From Octopus bimaculoides (taxonomy: Eukaryota): DNA of 64,000 nt. How positions within the stretch are numbered: the stretch's first letter is position 1; every line of letters begins with the position of its first letter. A model generated the notes under the pieces. It saw nothing but the letters and a program-made list of their open reading frames with translations. It was not told the origin of the DNA and searched no databases. The stretch covers positions 6,825,682 through 6,889,681 of the forward strand of contig NC_068986.1 in NCBI RefSeq assembly GCF_001194135.2, given 5' to 3'. Both the position numbers and the translations under genes were made by a program. Of this stretch, positions 1-12,358 are shown piece by piece.

Positions 1-2484
1 AGTGAAAAGTGAAGGGGGTGGGGAATTGAAATTTTGAAAATGCGATTTTTGAACATTTTCTTTTTCAGAATCGGATCCTCCATAACCAAAAAACGTGGGA
101 TTCCGTAAACAAAACAAAAATTAATATATATCCATTTTACCTGAAGTTATGACGGAAAAATTGGATCTTGTGAATTTTCCGAAAGTTCCATCCCCACCTC
201 AAGATCGTCAGCGTGCATTATTTTTTTTCATATTCGTTTTCCATACANNNNNNNNNNNNNNNNGTTAACCCCCCCCCCCAAGCTAGTTAAATTGTTTCTG
301 TTCCCGGGTGAAGATCATTATATTGACCAATAAAACCACCCAAAAATCCCAAAAGGGGTGCGGTCCATGATCTTTACCTCCACTCCATAATGGCTATTTA
401 AACAATGTGTTCGGGGATGATTAAAGGGTTAGATGGTTGCTGATGAAGGGGCAGCCTCCCCCGCCTCGAAATATGACATATACGTCCTATACCCTTTTTT
501 CATCTTCGATCTCGTTGTTTGTTTACATCTGATGTCTCGGATACGAAAGGTTGTAACAAAAATTAGTACAGGTAATAATTTCAATGGAATATCTGTAGAG
601 ATAACCTTAACAAGTGATGTAAAAGCGCGATTTTAACGCAATAGAACGCGGTATTGACTTATGAAAACGTTTAATATACTTTTTAGTATATTAATTATGA
701 TTGTATAACGAAATACCGCGTACCTACAAGTCATTAGGACGTACTATTTGTTTCGCGCCGCGCGGGGGAACGAAGTGGTAAATTTGATTTTAAAAGATTA
801 TTTTGAAAAACAGCTTTGGCTGAATCAAACATGCAAATAAAAAGTTTAAAAAATAGAAAGGAGTGAGGTAAAATTTATAAAATATTGTTTTTCGCTGAAT
901 CGTTATATTACAAGTTGAAAATACATAAATGCAAAGAAATTATCAAAAAATATGAAAACAAAACAAGTTACAGCTGATTTTTTATAGTTTGCTTCAACTA
1001 GAGAAGCAAAATACAATGTACTTAGAACTTATCCCAAAATAATAAAACAACGAAGGGTGCATATTCTCTTTGGAAGACAAGACGAGTGTGAAAGCAAATA
1101 TTTATCAATTAAAGTTTCAAAAATGCAATAGCAAACAGAAAAATATGCAAAAGAATTAATTATCGTACATTTTCAGTGAGATCTAAAACGTCAGAATCAA
1201 TGCTATGATTTTGGACACTTAAATATATTGGTAGGAGACCTGTCTTCTGATAATACGGCCAGCTATAAAATTTGGTACTGCTAGTGGTTGAATTTCGAGA
1301 TTCACCAATATGAATTTTACCAATTCCTGAAAATATTTAGAATTAAATAAGAAACTGACAAGTGGCATTAATTTCATGTAGTTTACGACAACAATGAAAA
1401 AGAAAAGGAAACTACTGTTTCATCATCAAAAACTAGCTAGGGTAGTTAGTTACGTGTATGTATTTTGTATGCAATATTATATATAAGGTTAAGAACGCAT
1501 GAAAAAGAAGTTGTAACAAGTTATTAACCATAAGAGAAATGTTTTACGAAAATACAAACCGCCAGTTGAGACATGAGTGATTACAGAGACTGTGAGTAGC
1601 AAAGTAAAATGAAAAAAAGTTAACTGAAGCGCCATATTTATAACACGCGGTTTGCTTAGTAACGCGTAAACATATTGTCATTTACTGCGTAAATTAATGT
1701 ATAAAGTTTAATTTCATCTTGGGATGAGTTAATTCTATTCGCAAAATCAGCCCCCTTTAATTTTGCTCAGATTGTTTTCAATTCTAATGTATCGATGTAG
1801 TTCTGAATTTTGGTTACGTTCAACTGATTACTCTGTTTCGTAAATTAAAGAATCTGAAGTTATTTGGAATTAAAGTTAGGAAAATTTGAGTAATTTTAGC
1901 CAATCAACAGACAGCGAGGCATTAACTGCTTGTTATGACAACCGTACCTTGTGCTGTATTGATTCTTCACACCAGGAGAATCACTTCACCCACGTGTTTT
2001 GTTTTGATAAAATTAATATTTATCAATTTGAATTTTATTGTAGATATTTTTCAGGTGAAGGTAAAGAATACGCACACCCGGTGGTTAGCGTTGGGGTTAG
2101 GGTTACGCCGAAAACGGGTGTTGTGGATATGCTTTACTTGCGCCTATTTTGGAGATTTTGAAAACAGAGGTGGATGCAGTAAATTATTTGCAAAAAAAAA
2201 AAAAAAAAAAGTGCAGTAAGTTTAGGCATATCATGAGGAAGAAAGTGGTTCGTGGAAATTTGTGCTGGCGGTACACTCGCAATGGTTGCGACGAACGCCT
2301 GTCATTTTAAACCCAGGTCAGGCCAGAATGAGCCATTCTGTTTTTTAACTGAAGATATAGGACATTATTTAATGTGTTCTTTATTTTTTAAATGTTATAA
2401 CATGGTGTAAGGGAAATTTGGCTGTTATTTCTAGCACTGATTACCTCTTCGGTTGATGTATAAGCAAAAACATCTGTTTCTAGG

Positions 2485-2590
2485 ATGATCATTCCAGTTG
2501 TAGAATCAACTGAACTGGTTACACATTCAGCTGGTACTTATTTTATCAACCCTCAAAGGATGAAAGGCAAAGTCAACCTAAGTGGAATGT
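2485..2590 (-). mobile_element. SINE fragment, family C (Nin-domain-like)
   Basis: Reverse complement of GTTGACTTTGCCTTTCATCCTTT..GGGTTGATAAAATAAGTACCAG core shared with copies at 21.3, 23.0 and 27.6 kb. Confidence 0.65.
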
Positions 2591-2989
2591 TTAGCAGAAT
2601 GAATCAGAATAGTTATTTCCTAAATGATATGGAAGTAAAAAAAAAAGGGCACAAAATTGAGGGGTGGGATGTGAAAGACAGGAATTTTGAGGAAATTTTC
2701 CATTGTATGAAACAAAAAAAAAAAAAAAAGGATTAAAAACAAAATGAAGGAAACCTGCCCACCTCACTTTTCCTTTTCTGTGAGGTATGAAACTTTGAAG
2801 GACCATTATTCCAAAAGTTCTGTCCAGAATGGATGGAGTGCCAGACTAAATGCTTTGTTCTATATAGTTATCATCCTCTGCACTCTGAGTTCAAATCCTA
2901 CGAAAGTCTGTTTTACTTTTAATCCAGCAGGTATCGATAAAATAAATTGCACTAAAACAGCTTGCTAATAACAACACATTAAACCATTC

Positions 2990-4200
2990 TTTTTGATTGT
3001 CTTTATTCTTCTCTTGGAAAAGGGGACTATCACATACCCTCTTCTTCCCTTTGTACAAGTGCATTATAGATGCATCATTGAACTGCTGGGGAGCAGATCC
3101 AGTTTCCCGGATTGAACAGATCAATTTGCACAGATTACTTACACATTGTCTGCTACCATGCATGTACACCTCTATGGGAATATCATCTTGTCCAAAAGCT
3201 TTACCACTGGAAAGTTTTTTGAAAGCAGTACTTATCTATCCAAGGAAGGCTGTTCCACTAGTTCTTCAAGTGTAGATCACTGGGGATTTTGTTGATTACA
3301 TCAGCATTGGTAGTCGATTCTTCATTTGATACCAATTTAAAGTGTTCAGCCCATCTTTTTAGAATTTCATCTTTCTTACTTAAGAGCTTTATTCCATTGT
3401 TAGAAAGAATAGATTCTGTACTACCTTTTTTGGGGCCAAATATATTTTTGAGAATGTTACGCAGTGTTCTAAAGTTCCTAGAGTTAGCAGCCTATTCTAA
3501 TTCTTGGGCTTTTTTTGTCCAAGAAATCTTTTCATCTCTTGCAGTTTTCTGCTAAGTTTTTCTAGAGATGTACAGGAATCTGGATGTTGACGAGTTTTTG
3601 TTTGAGATCCATGTCTTGTGTTTCTTGTGCAAAGTTTCTAGGAGAGATTTAATTTGAGAATCCTTCTTGTTGGTGTTTGTGCTTCACAAATCCTAGAACT
3701 ACTTCAGCAGATGATTTTATGCTGTCACAAATATTGTGCCACAACACTTCAGGCAATTCTGCAAGTTTTGAATTTGAATGCATTTCAAAATTTTTGGTCG
3801 TTTCTGGATTTTTTTGAAGAAGTAATGTTTATTCTTGGATGTAAACTGGATTTCAGTGGCCTCTTTCCATATGGCTTAACAAGTACCTTGCTTTGAACTA
3901 AGTAACACTTAGGGATTTTGTGAGTTCTGGTGAATCTGAAATCACTGCAATCCTTGTACCAGTGCCCAGATCAGGGATGTTTCCAGGTGCTTTCAAAATC
4001 AGATATGATGACAACACTGCTGACAAATGATTCTTCAAACTGTTCAATGGTGCATGTAAAGTATTATTTGAAGGATAAGTCTGAAATTTGGTTTTGTAAA
4101 CCAGTTGAAAGGACACAAGAAGAACTCCATCTTGCAATGTTTTACATCAACAACCTGGACCTTCCCATTTTGCAAGTAGATCTTGTGAGTCAGCTCTTTC
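2990..4200 (-). mobile_element. Decayed RTE (BovB-like) LINE, endonuclease-to-RT region
   Basis: Minus-frame GSAPQQFNDASIMHLYKGKKRVCD and ILKRWAEHF-like motifs; many stops and frameshifts. Confidence 0.8.
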
Positions 4201-4210
4201 ATCATTTATA

Positions 4211-4410
4211 TTGTCCATGACACCAAATCTCCTGGAAATAATCCAAACATGGACAAATGCCAAAGGAACTCGTGTCTATAAAGATAAGTGGATAGAAATA
4301 GATTCTGCTGAATTAAGAAAGTTTATTGGATTGATTATTCTTATTGTAGTTTCCAAATCCAAGCATGAAAACATTACTCAACTTTGGAGTTTTGGAGACA
4401 GACACCCCTT

Positions 4411-4415
<5 letters not shown>
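4211..4415 (+). mobile_element. piggyBac-like transposase fragment
   Basis: NLLEIIQTWTNAKG...WIEIDSAELRKFIGLIILIVVSKSKHENITQLWS resembles the N-terminal half of PGBD/piggyBac transposases. Confidence 0.7.
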
Positions 4416-4447
<32 letters not shown>

Positions 4448-5074
4448 CACATATATATGAATGCATAAATGTACATATAAACTTATATCTGAATACATAC
4501 ATCCACATGCACATATATATTAATGATGTACATAAATACATGACAGGTGTACATTATACTGAAATGTGCAACCCATATTGATTGTTGTGTGTAGAAATCA
4601 ATGACTTCATAAAGTACAACTGTAAAAACTAATGTGGAAGAAACACATAGACAAATATATTAATATAATAGATTTTTTAAAAAATAATAAAAACATACAA
4701 AACACTATAGAAATGAATGAAAAGACAAAAGAAACATTATAATGATACATGTTGACTTTATTTGGTGTTCTGTTTATTTAGAAACCTACAATGAACAGGT
4801 CATTTCACAGATAAACTATAAATTTCACAGGATACAACCTTAAAGTTGGCACTACTAAATTGATACTGCTACAACGCAGAAAATTTCTGTCTCACTTGGC
4901 TAAAAATACAGTTTTTTAAAAAATTTTTAAATGTAATTTTTTCATCAAATTTTTTCTCCACAAGTTCATGGCTTCACAGGAATAGGCATGGAAAACTGCA
5001 TCAATATAACTAATTTTCAGATTTTTAATTCCTTTTAAAAAATGCAGATCCATAATTTGTAGTAAATATGGGAT

Positions 5075-5469
5075 GCACCATTTTGAGCATGGCTGTTGCC
5101 AGTACTGCCTGACTGGCCTTCATAGGATTTTCGAGCGAGATCGTTGCCAGTGCCCCTGGACTGGCTCTTGTGCGGGTGGCACATAAAAGACACCATTTTG
5201 AGCATGGCCGTTGCCAGTACCGCCTGACTGGCCCTCGTGCGGGTCACACATAAAAGCACCCACTACACTCTCTGAGTNNNNNNNNNNCCAGTACCGCCTG
5301 ACTGGCCCTCGTGCGGGTCACACATAAAAGCACCCACTACACTCTCTGAGTGGTTGGCGTTAGGAAGGGCATCCAGCTGTAGAAACTCTGCCAAATTAGA
5401 TTGGAGCCTGGTGTTGCCATCCGGTTTCACCAGTCCTCAGTCAAATCGTCCAACCCATGCTAGCATGGA
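5075..5469 (+). mobile_element. Family A SINE-like repeat (GAT-tailed family; tail missing here)
   Basis: Core GAGTGGTTGGCGTTAGGAAGGGCATCCAGCTGTAGAAAC recurring at more than 12 sites in the window. Confidence 0.85.
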
Positions 5470-6760
5470 GGTGACTTTCAGTGCAGGAGGAAATGAGACA
5501 GAGATTGATTCGAAAGGGGGTAGATGTGGACAAGATACAATTTGGTTTTATGCCAGGTAGGGGGACAATAGATGCAGTGTTCATTGTAAGGAGATTACAG
5601 GAGGAATACTGAGATCAGGGGAAGGAGTTGTACATATGCTTTGTTGATGTGGAGAAGGCATTTGATAGGGTTCCACGGAGGGTGATTGAGTGGGCATTGA
5701 GGAAGAGGGGTGCACTAGAGGTAATAGTGAGAGCAGTGATGAGTTTGTATGAGGAAGTAAAGACAAGAGCTAGAATTGGATCAAGGCTGTCGGAGGAGTT
5801 TGCAGTGAAAGTTGGTGTGCACCAGGGATCTGTGTTGTCACCATTGTTGTTTGCAATAGTGGTTGATGTGGTGACGGAGAGTGCAAGAGAAGGATTGCTA
5901 ATGGAGATACTGTGTGCGGATGACCTTGTTCTCATGAGTGAGACGATGGAGGGATTGAGAAGTTTTGGAAATGGAAGGAGGGGTTTGAAGGTAAACCTTG
6001 GGAAGACAAAGGTGATGGTGAGCAGGGTGGAAGGAGAAGTGTTAGTGAGTAAGATCCATATGGTGTTGTGGGAGGAGGGTAATGGCAAATGTGGCGTTGT
6101 GTACGAGATATGAGAAATGGATCCATGGTAGATGTATGAAAATGAAGAAGGTGACCCCAAGACTGGCAAGAGAGTTTGTTTGTGGGAGGTGTGAGAAAGG
6201 AGCTGGAGGGCTGGCAGAACCAGTGGAAACACTATGTGACAAGGTGGAAACGGTGAGAGGGTTTTGTTATTTGGGAAATAGGGTGGATGTAAGTGGTGAA
6301 TGTGAAGCAGCTGTGACAGCAAGAGTGAGATTTCGCTGTATGAAGTTCAGGGAATGTGGAGTGTTGTTATATGGGAAAAGGTTCTCATTAAAGATGACAG
6401 GAAGGGTCTATAAGAGTTGTATGAGAGCTGCAATGCAGTATGGGAATGAGACATGGTGTCTGNNNNNNNNNNATGAGAGCTGCAATGCAGTATGGGAATG
6501 AGACATGGTGTCTGGGGGAGAGAGAGATGGTAATTTTGAGAAGGACTGAGAGAGCAATGTGTGGGGTGAAGCTGTTTGATAAGAGGAGGACTGAGGACTT
6601 GATGGGAATGTTGGAGGAATCAGTGGAATGGTTGGCAAGAGCAAATGGAGTGAGGTGGTATGGGCATGTGTTGAGGAGGGGTGAAGGGCATGTTCTGAGG
6701 AAGGGAATTGCATTTGAGGTAAATGGATTGTGAAAGCGAGGTACACTGAGGAAAAGGTGA
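5470..6760 (+). mobile_element. RTE LINE reverse-transcriptase remnant
   Basis: VDVEKAFDRVP, VHQGSVLSPLLF, LCADDLVL, RWYGHVLRR motifs in ORFs 5628..6113, 6082..6501 and 6440..6733; frameshifted. Confidence 0.92.
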
Positions 6761-6779
6761 GAGAGAGCACCACCTTCAA

Positions 6780-7210
6780 GTGTTTTGGGTTCTCTTTTCA
6801 GTACTGTTTTTGGTGAAGAATTGAGTTGGATGTAGCTGCTCTCCTTTGAGCATCTTGTCATGATGTGGGCTCATCTGAGATTTCAGATAGAAATTTGTCC
6901 AGGTGCTTTTTGAACGTTTCCACATCTACATCTTGCAGATCTTTTTAGGTTCTTTGGCAGTGTATTAAACAGTGAGTTCCCCTGAAACCCAAGCTGTTGC
7001 AATACTGGGTCCTTATCTGAGACGAAGAAGATAATATCTTTGGTATTATGCAGTACCATCCAGTTCAGTGGATGGTAAAGCTTTTAATTCCAAAGTTGGG
7101 ACCTAGACTTTCCAGGATTTCCCATATGTATATCACTGCATACCTTTTTTGCCTTCTCTCCAGGGAGTAGAGCTTCAGTTTTTGTAGCCTCTCCCAGTAG
7201 CTCGTCTGTT
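6780..7210 (-). mobile_element. CR1-type LINE 3' fragment
   Basis: Minus-frame GNSLFNTLPKNLKDL...DVETFKKHLDKFLSEISDEP typical of CR1 ORF2 C-terminus. Confidence 0.75.
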
Positions 7211-7349
7211 TCCCCAAGTCAGTTTTCTTATAAGGAAGGGGGATTCAAAGATAAATATATAATCCCTCTAATAATAATCAAAATCTTAATAGATCTAGTG
7301 GCATCAATGATAAAGTAGTACATAACCACTCTAATAATAATCAGGATAA

Positions 7350-8300
7350 TAAGAAACCTAAAAATAGGCCAAGGAAAATTATTTGCTTCACCCCACCCAT
7401 TTCACTTAATATAAAAACTAACATTGGTAATTGATTCCTGTCACTCCTAGATAAATACTTTCCAACAACTCATAGATACAGGAAAATATTTAAAAGGCGT
7501 TCTGTGAAATTATCATATAGCTGCTGCCCCAATATGAAGAGTATCATTACATGCGGTCAATACCAAGAACCTGATTCTAGCTGCAACTGTCACGACCCAG
7601 GATCCTGTTCACTTGACCAATGGTGTATGACTAAATCTACCATATATGAGGCAGAAGTTACTGTAATCCTAAATAATAATACAACTGATAAGAAGATCCA
7701 TACTGGATTATGTGAAGAACAATTTAAAAATTGCTATGCCAATCACATAGACTCCTTGCGACAGAGACAAAAGCAAAGCTACTGAGTTGGCTAGCTGTGT
7801 ATGGACTTTGAAAGATAATGAAACATCTCATGTGATTAAATGGAAAGTGATTGAGAAATCCATACTTTATGTGAATGGATTGAATAAATGTAGATTTTGT
7901 TTGGCTGAAAGAGTGCAGATGCTGTTTGGATCTAAGATCCCTAACTTTCTATTGAACTCTAGGTTAAAATTTTTCAGTGGCTGCATGCATATGTATAAAT
8001 ACATTTTGAAGAATAGGAAAATTCCACCTATTCTTGACTGACTTGATATCTTTCCAGCTTTACCATTTAAGGTCTAAGGAGGGTAACTCTTTTACCTTTT
8101 AGTTTCTGTTTTCTGCTGTTTACTGTCTGCGTTTTCTATATGCTGCCTTCTCAGTTTTATCATGTTTATTCTATTATTCAATTTCTTTAGTTCTTTATGA
8201 TATGTGGTTTGCACCTGAAGAAAATGTTTGAGTTCTCTCAACATATGAAACTATTGGTAGCGCTTTAATACATGTATTGTGTCCTTTAAATAAATAATGA
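7350..8300 (+). mobile_element. Penelope-like element (Neptune-type) GIY-YIG endonuclease remnant plus 3' pseudo-LTR
   Basis: RPRKIICFTPP...TNIG...KLSYSCCPNMKSII...IYEAEVT...HTGLCEEQFKNCYANH...ELASCVWTLK...CRFCLAER...LLNSR matches PLE RT-thumb/GIY-YIG consensus; stops and frameshifts. Confidence 0.88.
8211..8263 (+). ncRNA. Degenerate type I hammerhead ribozyme in the Penelope 3' pseudo-LTR
   Basis: GCAC-CUGAAGA-[AUGUUUGAG/CUCAACAU stem II]-GAAAC-UAUUG-GUA-GCGC; stem I has one mismatch. Confidence 0.55.
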
Positions 8301-8379
8301 CATTTGTCTCTCACCAGATGGAGTACATTTTTTGTTGAATTTTCTGTCATGGATCAGTACATTACACACACACACACAC

Positions 8380-9335
8380 ATAATGTATCCAAAGATATTG
8401 TGTCAGCTGCTGATGAAGGTGCAGCATCTGTTGTGGCTGTACTGGCCCACATAGGAGTGGTGACTGCATTTGAAGCAGCTCTCTGCCAGTGCTGCTGATT
8501 TTTCCTTCAATCAAGTGTGCTTTTCTTTGGTGGCAAGTTCTTGTCTTTCTTCCACTTTCTTCTTTCCCTTTTGCAGTATTTACCTCTAGTATGGGTGATC
8601 ATTTGCAACCTCCTCCCATCTCAGGACGTCCAAATCAAGTGACTTCATATCTCTCTTACAGACATCTTTGAAATGAAGATGAGGTCATCCTCGTGCTTTT
8701 GTGCTGGTAGCCAATTCCCCATACAGGAGGTCTTTTGGGATTCTGTCATCTGGCATGAGATGAACATGGCTGAGTCAGTGCAAATGACGCTGCTGGAGCA
8801 AGATGTATATGCTGGATATCTTGGCTCAGTTGAGGACTTCGGTGTTAGTGATGTGGTCAGTCCACTAGATGTCCAAGATGTCTCTTAAATTACAAAGCTG
8901 AAAAACATTGAGATGCCGCTCCTGTTTACAGAAGAGGCTCCACATCTCACTGCCAGAAAGTAGCATACTAAGGATACATGCCTTATAGACAACAATTTTG
9001 ATGTTTGCAGCCAGTTTTTAGCTTTCCCAGACTCTCTTTGTGAGCCTAGCAAATGTGGAGGATGCTTGTCTGATTCGCCTGTTGATCTCAGGGTCCAGGA
9101 AGAGGTCATCAGCAATGGTAGAGCCAAGATAGGTGAACTGATAGACTACCTCCAACTTGTAGTTGTTGATGGTGATGGTGGGGATAAACACCATCAGTTG
9201 ATGTCCCAATTGCATGTTTCAGCATGACTGCAAAGAAGATGCCAAACAGTCTGGGGACAAGTACACAGTACTGTTTCATGCCACTGCATATGTTGAATGC
9301 TTCTGTAAAAGAGCAATCAAATTGAACAATGCCTT
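8380..9335 (-). mobile_element. RTE (BovB-like) LINE RT and C-terminal remnant
   Basis: SGMKQYCVLVPRLFGIFFAVMLKHA and LEVVYQFTYLGSTI...EINRRIRQASSTFARLTKRVW motifs. Confidence 0.88.
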
Positions 9336-9339
9336 TCAT

Positions 9340-9520
9340 TATCATCATTTAACATTTGTTGTCCATGCTGGCATGGATTGGACAGTTTGACTGGGCTGGC
9401 ACACTGGAAGGCTATACCAGACTCCAGTTTAATTTGGTATGGCTTTCTATGGCTAGATGCCTTTCCTAATGCCAACCACTCCGAGAATGTAATAGGTGCT
9501 TTTATGTGCCACCAGCATGT
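9340..9520 (-). mobile_element. Family A SINE-like repeat
   Basis: CATCAT tail plus shared core in reverse orientation. Confidence 0.75.
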
Positions 9521-9684
9521 TAACTCATTTTTTTTCTCTCTATCTCTCTCTGGGTAAGCATGTATCTCCTCTGCAGCAGTACACCTGGATGTTTGTTTAA
9601 GTGGCACCAGAAAAGTCACCAAAAAACTTGCAAGACAAGGAATCTTTGAAAGGGGAGGAGAAGGTATTGGAACAAGTGATCTTG

Positions 9685-9725
<41 letters not shown>

Positions 9726-10194
9726 TCAAGAATGAGGGTAGAAACAGATGTGCTGCTGTAGAGGAGGTACATGGTTACTCAGCCAGGAGAGCAAAGGAAA
9801 GAAAGAGAGAGAGAGAGAGTGGGAGACAGCAAGAACAGGAGAGAGTTGGTGGCAATATATACAAATATATATATTCCAATAAGTATACACACGGACACAT
9901 GCACATTGTGTGTGGACAAGATCCCGAATGCACTTTTGCTGAAGGACAAGAAACCGCTGAATGGACACAATGCCGATTGGACATAAAGCTGAATGGACAT
10001 AATAACAATAATAAAAAACATTCCTACCTACATGATTTAATGACCAAATCAACAATTTGGCACTTAAAATTTAACGAGATCAAATTTTAATTTTCATATG
10101 TCTTTTCAGCATTTTGTCCATGTACTATGCACACACACACACATACACATACATATATATATTCTTTTATTCTTTCACTTGTTTCTTTTACTGC

Positions 10195-10300
10195 CAGATC
10201 AGATTGGAACCTGGTGCAGCCATCTGGTTCGCCAGTCCTCAGTTAAATCGTCCAACCCATGCTAGCATGGAAAACGGACGTTAAACGATGATGATGATGT
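10195..10300 (+). mobile_element. Family A SINE-like repeat, 3' end with (GAT)n tail
   Basis: ...CCATGCTAGCATGGAAAACGGACGTTAAACGATGATGATGATG. Confidence 0.85.
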
Positions 10301-10487
10301 TAGCCATCCTACCGTGTACAAATCCAGAGAATATTAGAAATGGAATATCCTTGATACAGTATCATATATTTAAAAAAAAATGAATGCCACACACACACAC
10401 ACACACATATATATATACACTAAAAACTACACACACACACACTACGTGTGTCTACTTAATACATGTGCATTAAGTATACACACATAA

Positions 10488-10700
10488 TCATCATCATCCT
10501 GTAATGGCCATTGTCCATGCTGGCATGGGTTGGATGGTTTGACCAGAGCTGGCAAAGCAGGGGGCTTCTCCAGGTTCCAGTCTGATTTGGCTTGATATTT
10601 ATGGCTGGATGCTTTTCCTAATGTCAGCCACTTTGCAATGTGTGTTGGGTGCTTTTAATGTGGCACCGGCACGAGCACTTTCATGTGGCACGGGCATGAG
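10488..10700 (-). mobile_element. Family A SINE-like repeat
   Basis: (CAT)n tail plus diverged core. Confidence 0.75.
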
Positions 10701-11454
10701 TGCTTTTTACATGGCACCAATACAGGACTCTTGCAGGCCAATCCTCTTCATCGGTGGGGGGGGGGGAGTGGCCTTAGCACTTTTGTTGTGGAGGATGGGT
10801 CTTCTTGAGTACTGCAAGTCTCCAAGTATCTCAGTCCTTTGTCATCTCATCTGAAAGGTTCAGCATTCTGAGGTCATCATTCAGTACTTTGTCCCATATC
10901 TTCCTGGGTCTCGCTTTTCCACAAGTTCCATCCACTTTCAGTGAACAACAATTCTTTATGGAGATGTCAGCATCCCTCTGCATCACATTACCAAACCAGC
11001 ACAATCTTCTCTCTTGCGCATTGTATTCCTCTTATGCCCAACTTCTCTCTCAGTACACTAACACTATTGCACATGTACACTTACATTACACATCTAGTGG
11101 AGCATACTAACCTCATTCCTCTCTAGCCTTTGCATGTCTCTATATTCAGGGGCCCTATTTCACTACCATGTAGAATTGCTCATTTTTTTTTCTCTTTTAC
11201 TACTTACTGGGGTTCCATGTGTACAAGTCTATATCTTCTGCTCTGTTATGACAAAAGTGTACCTTACTGTTTTTGTTTATTTGTTTATTTGTATACTTTA
11301 AATTCATTGTTTATATATATATAAAAGTTCTTTTTCGCTTTTTTGCTTGTTTAATTGTTTCAAAAAATACACAGAAGCAATGACCGAAAACTTTAGAATT
11401 ATGTCATTCTTGAGAAGACCCATCGAGCCAAATGAAATCATAGTCGTGGCAGAC

Positions 11455-11668
11455 ACCAGCGTCATGCAGCTGGCACCCATGTTGGTGGCACGTAAAAGCA
11501 TTCATTACACTCTTTGATTGGTTGGCATAAGGAAGGGCATCCAGCTGTATAGAAACCACACCAGATCAGACTGGAGTCTGGTGCAGCCACTCTGCTTACC
11601 AGCCCTGGACAAACAATCCAATCCATACCAGTATGGACAATGGATGTTAAATGTTGATGATGATGATA
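11455..11668 (+). mobile_element. Family A SINE-like repeat
   Basis: Core plus GATGATGAT tail. Confidence 0.75.
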
Positions 11669-12238
11669 TGCAATACCAAATATTTACTGCTTATTTTTTG
11701 TTAGTTTTAGAAAGAAAGCAAAAGTACAAAAATCACAAGAATAAATACCACACATATTTTATTTTCTATCATGATTTACAAAAACTGGAAATATCAAACT
11801 CATTTTTTCAGAAGGTCATTTTTAACTTTGATATCAATTAAGTAATGAATACTTATACAAATTATATGTTTAGTAATTATTTAACAAGGTAAAAAAATAC
11901 ATTTTAGAATTTTTGTTCACAAATATATGCATACTGATTAAACACAAACACTCTCTCTCTCTCACAAACACATATTAGTAGTTCATATATCTGAAAAAGA
12001 AGGACACTCTAAAGTATTAGGGTAGTATCATAATTTTTAGGAAGTTAAATGCTATGGCCAGTAACAAAGGTGTAATGCTAAGCATTTTATTGGTGCAAAC
12101 TAATGATCACTCCATGATCTGCAATAACATTTAACTTCCTAACACACACACTCACACATATTTAATTCTTACCCTTTACTTTCTTATATCATTGGTAGAA
12201 CATAAAAAAAGAAGCACACTCTGTTATTGAGGAGTATA

Positions 12239-12358
12239 TAATATAAAAGTTAGAATAGGCTGGTTTATGAGATTACCTTTGGTTTCATGTCCGCTCAGCT
12301 TTACGGACATGAAACCAAAAGTAATCTCATAAGGTGCCCTCTTCTAACCTTTATATTA
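12239..12358. repeat. About 120-bp imperfect palindrome (29-bp stem with 1 mismatch, 10-nt loop, plus 19-bp basal stem)
   Basis: TTATGAGATTACCTTTGGTTTCATGTCCG (12265-12293) versus CGGACATGAAACCAAAAGTAATCTCATAA (12304-12332); 12241-12259 pairs with 12338-12356 at 17/19. Confidence 0.9.

Noticed and set aside
2084-2106. TTAGGG-like telomeric motif
   Set aside because: Only one exact unit; not an array.
5215-5350. Direct duplication of about 64 bp
   Set aside because: The copies sit either side of a short N gap; typical unmerged contig overlap.
6421-6514. Direct duplication of 42 bp in the RTE ORF
   Set aside because: Flanks a 10-N gap; assembly artefact.
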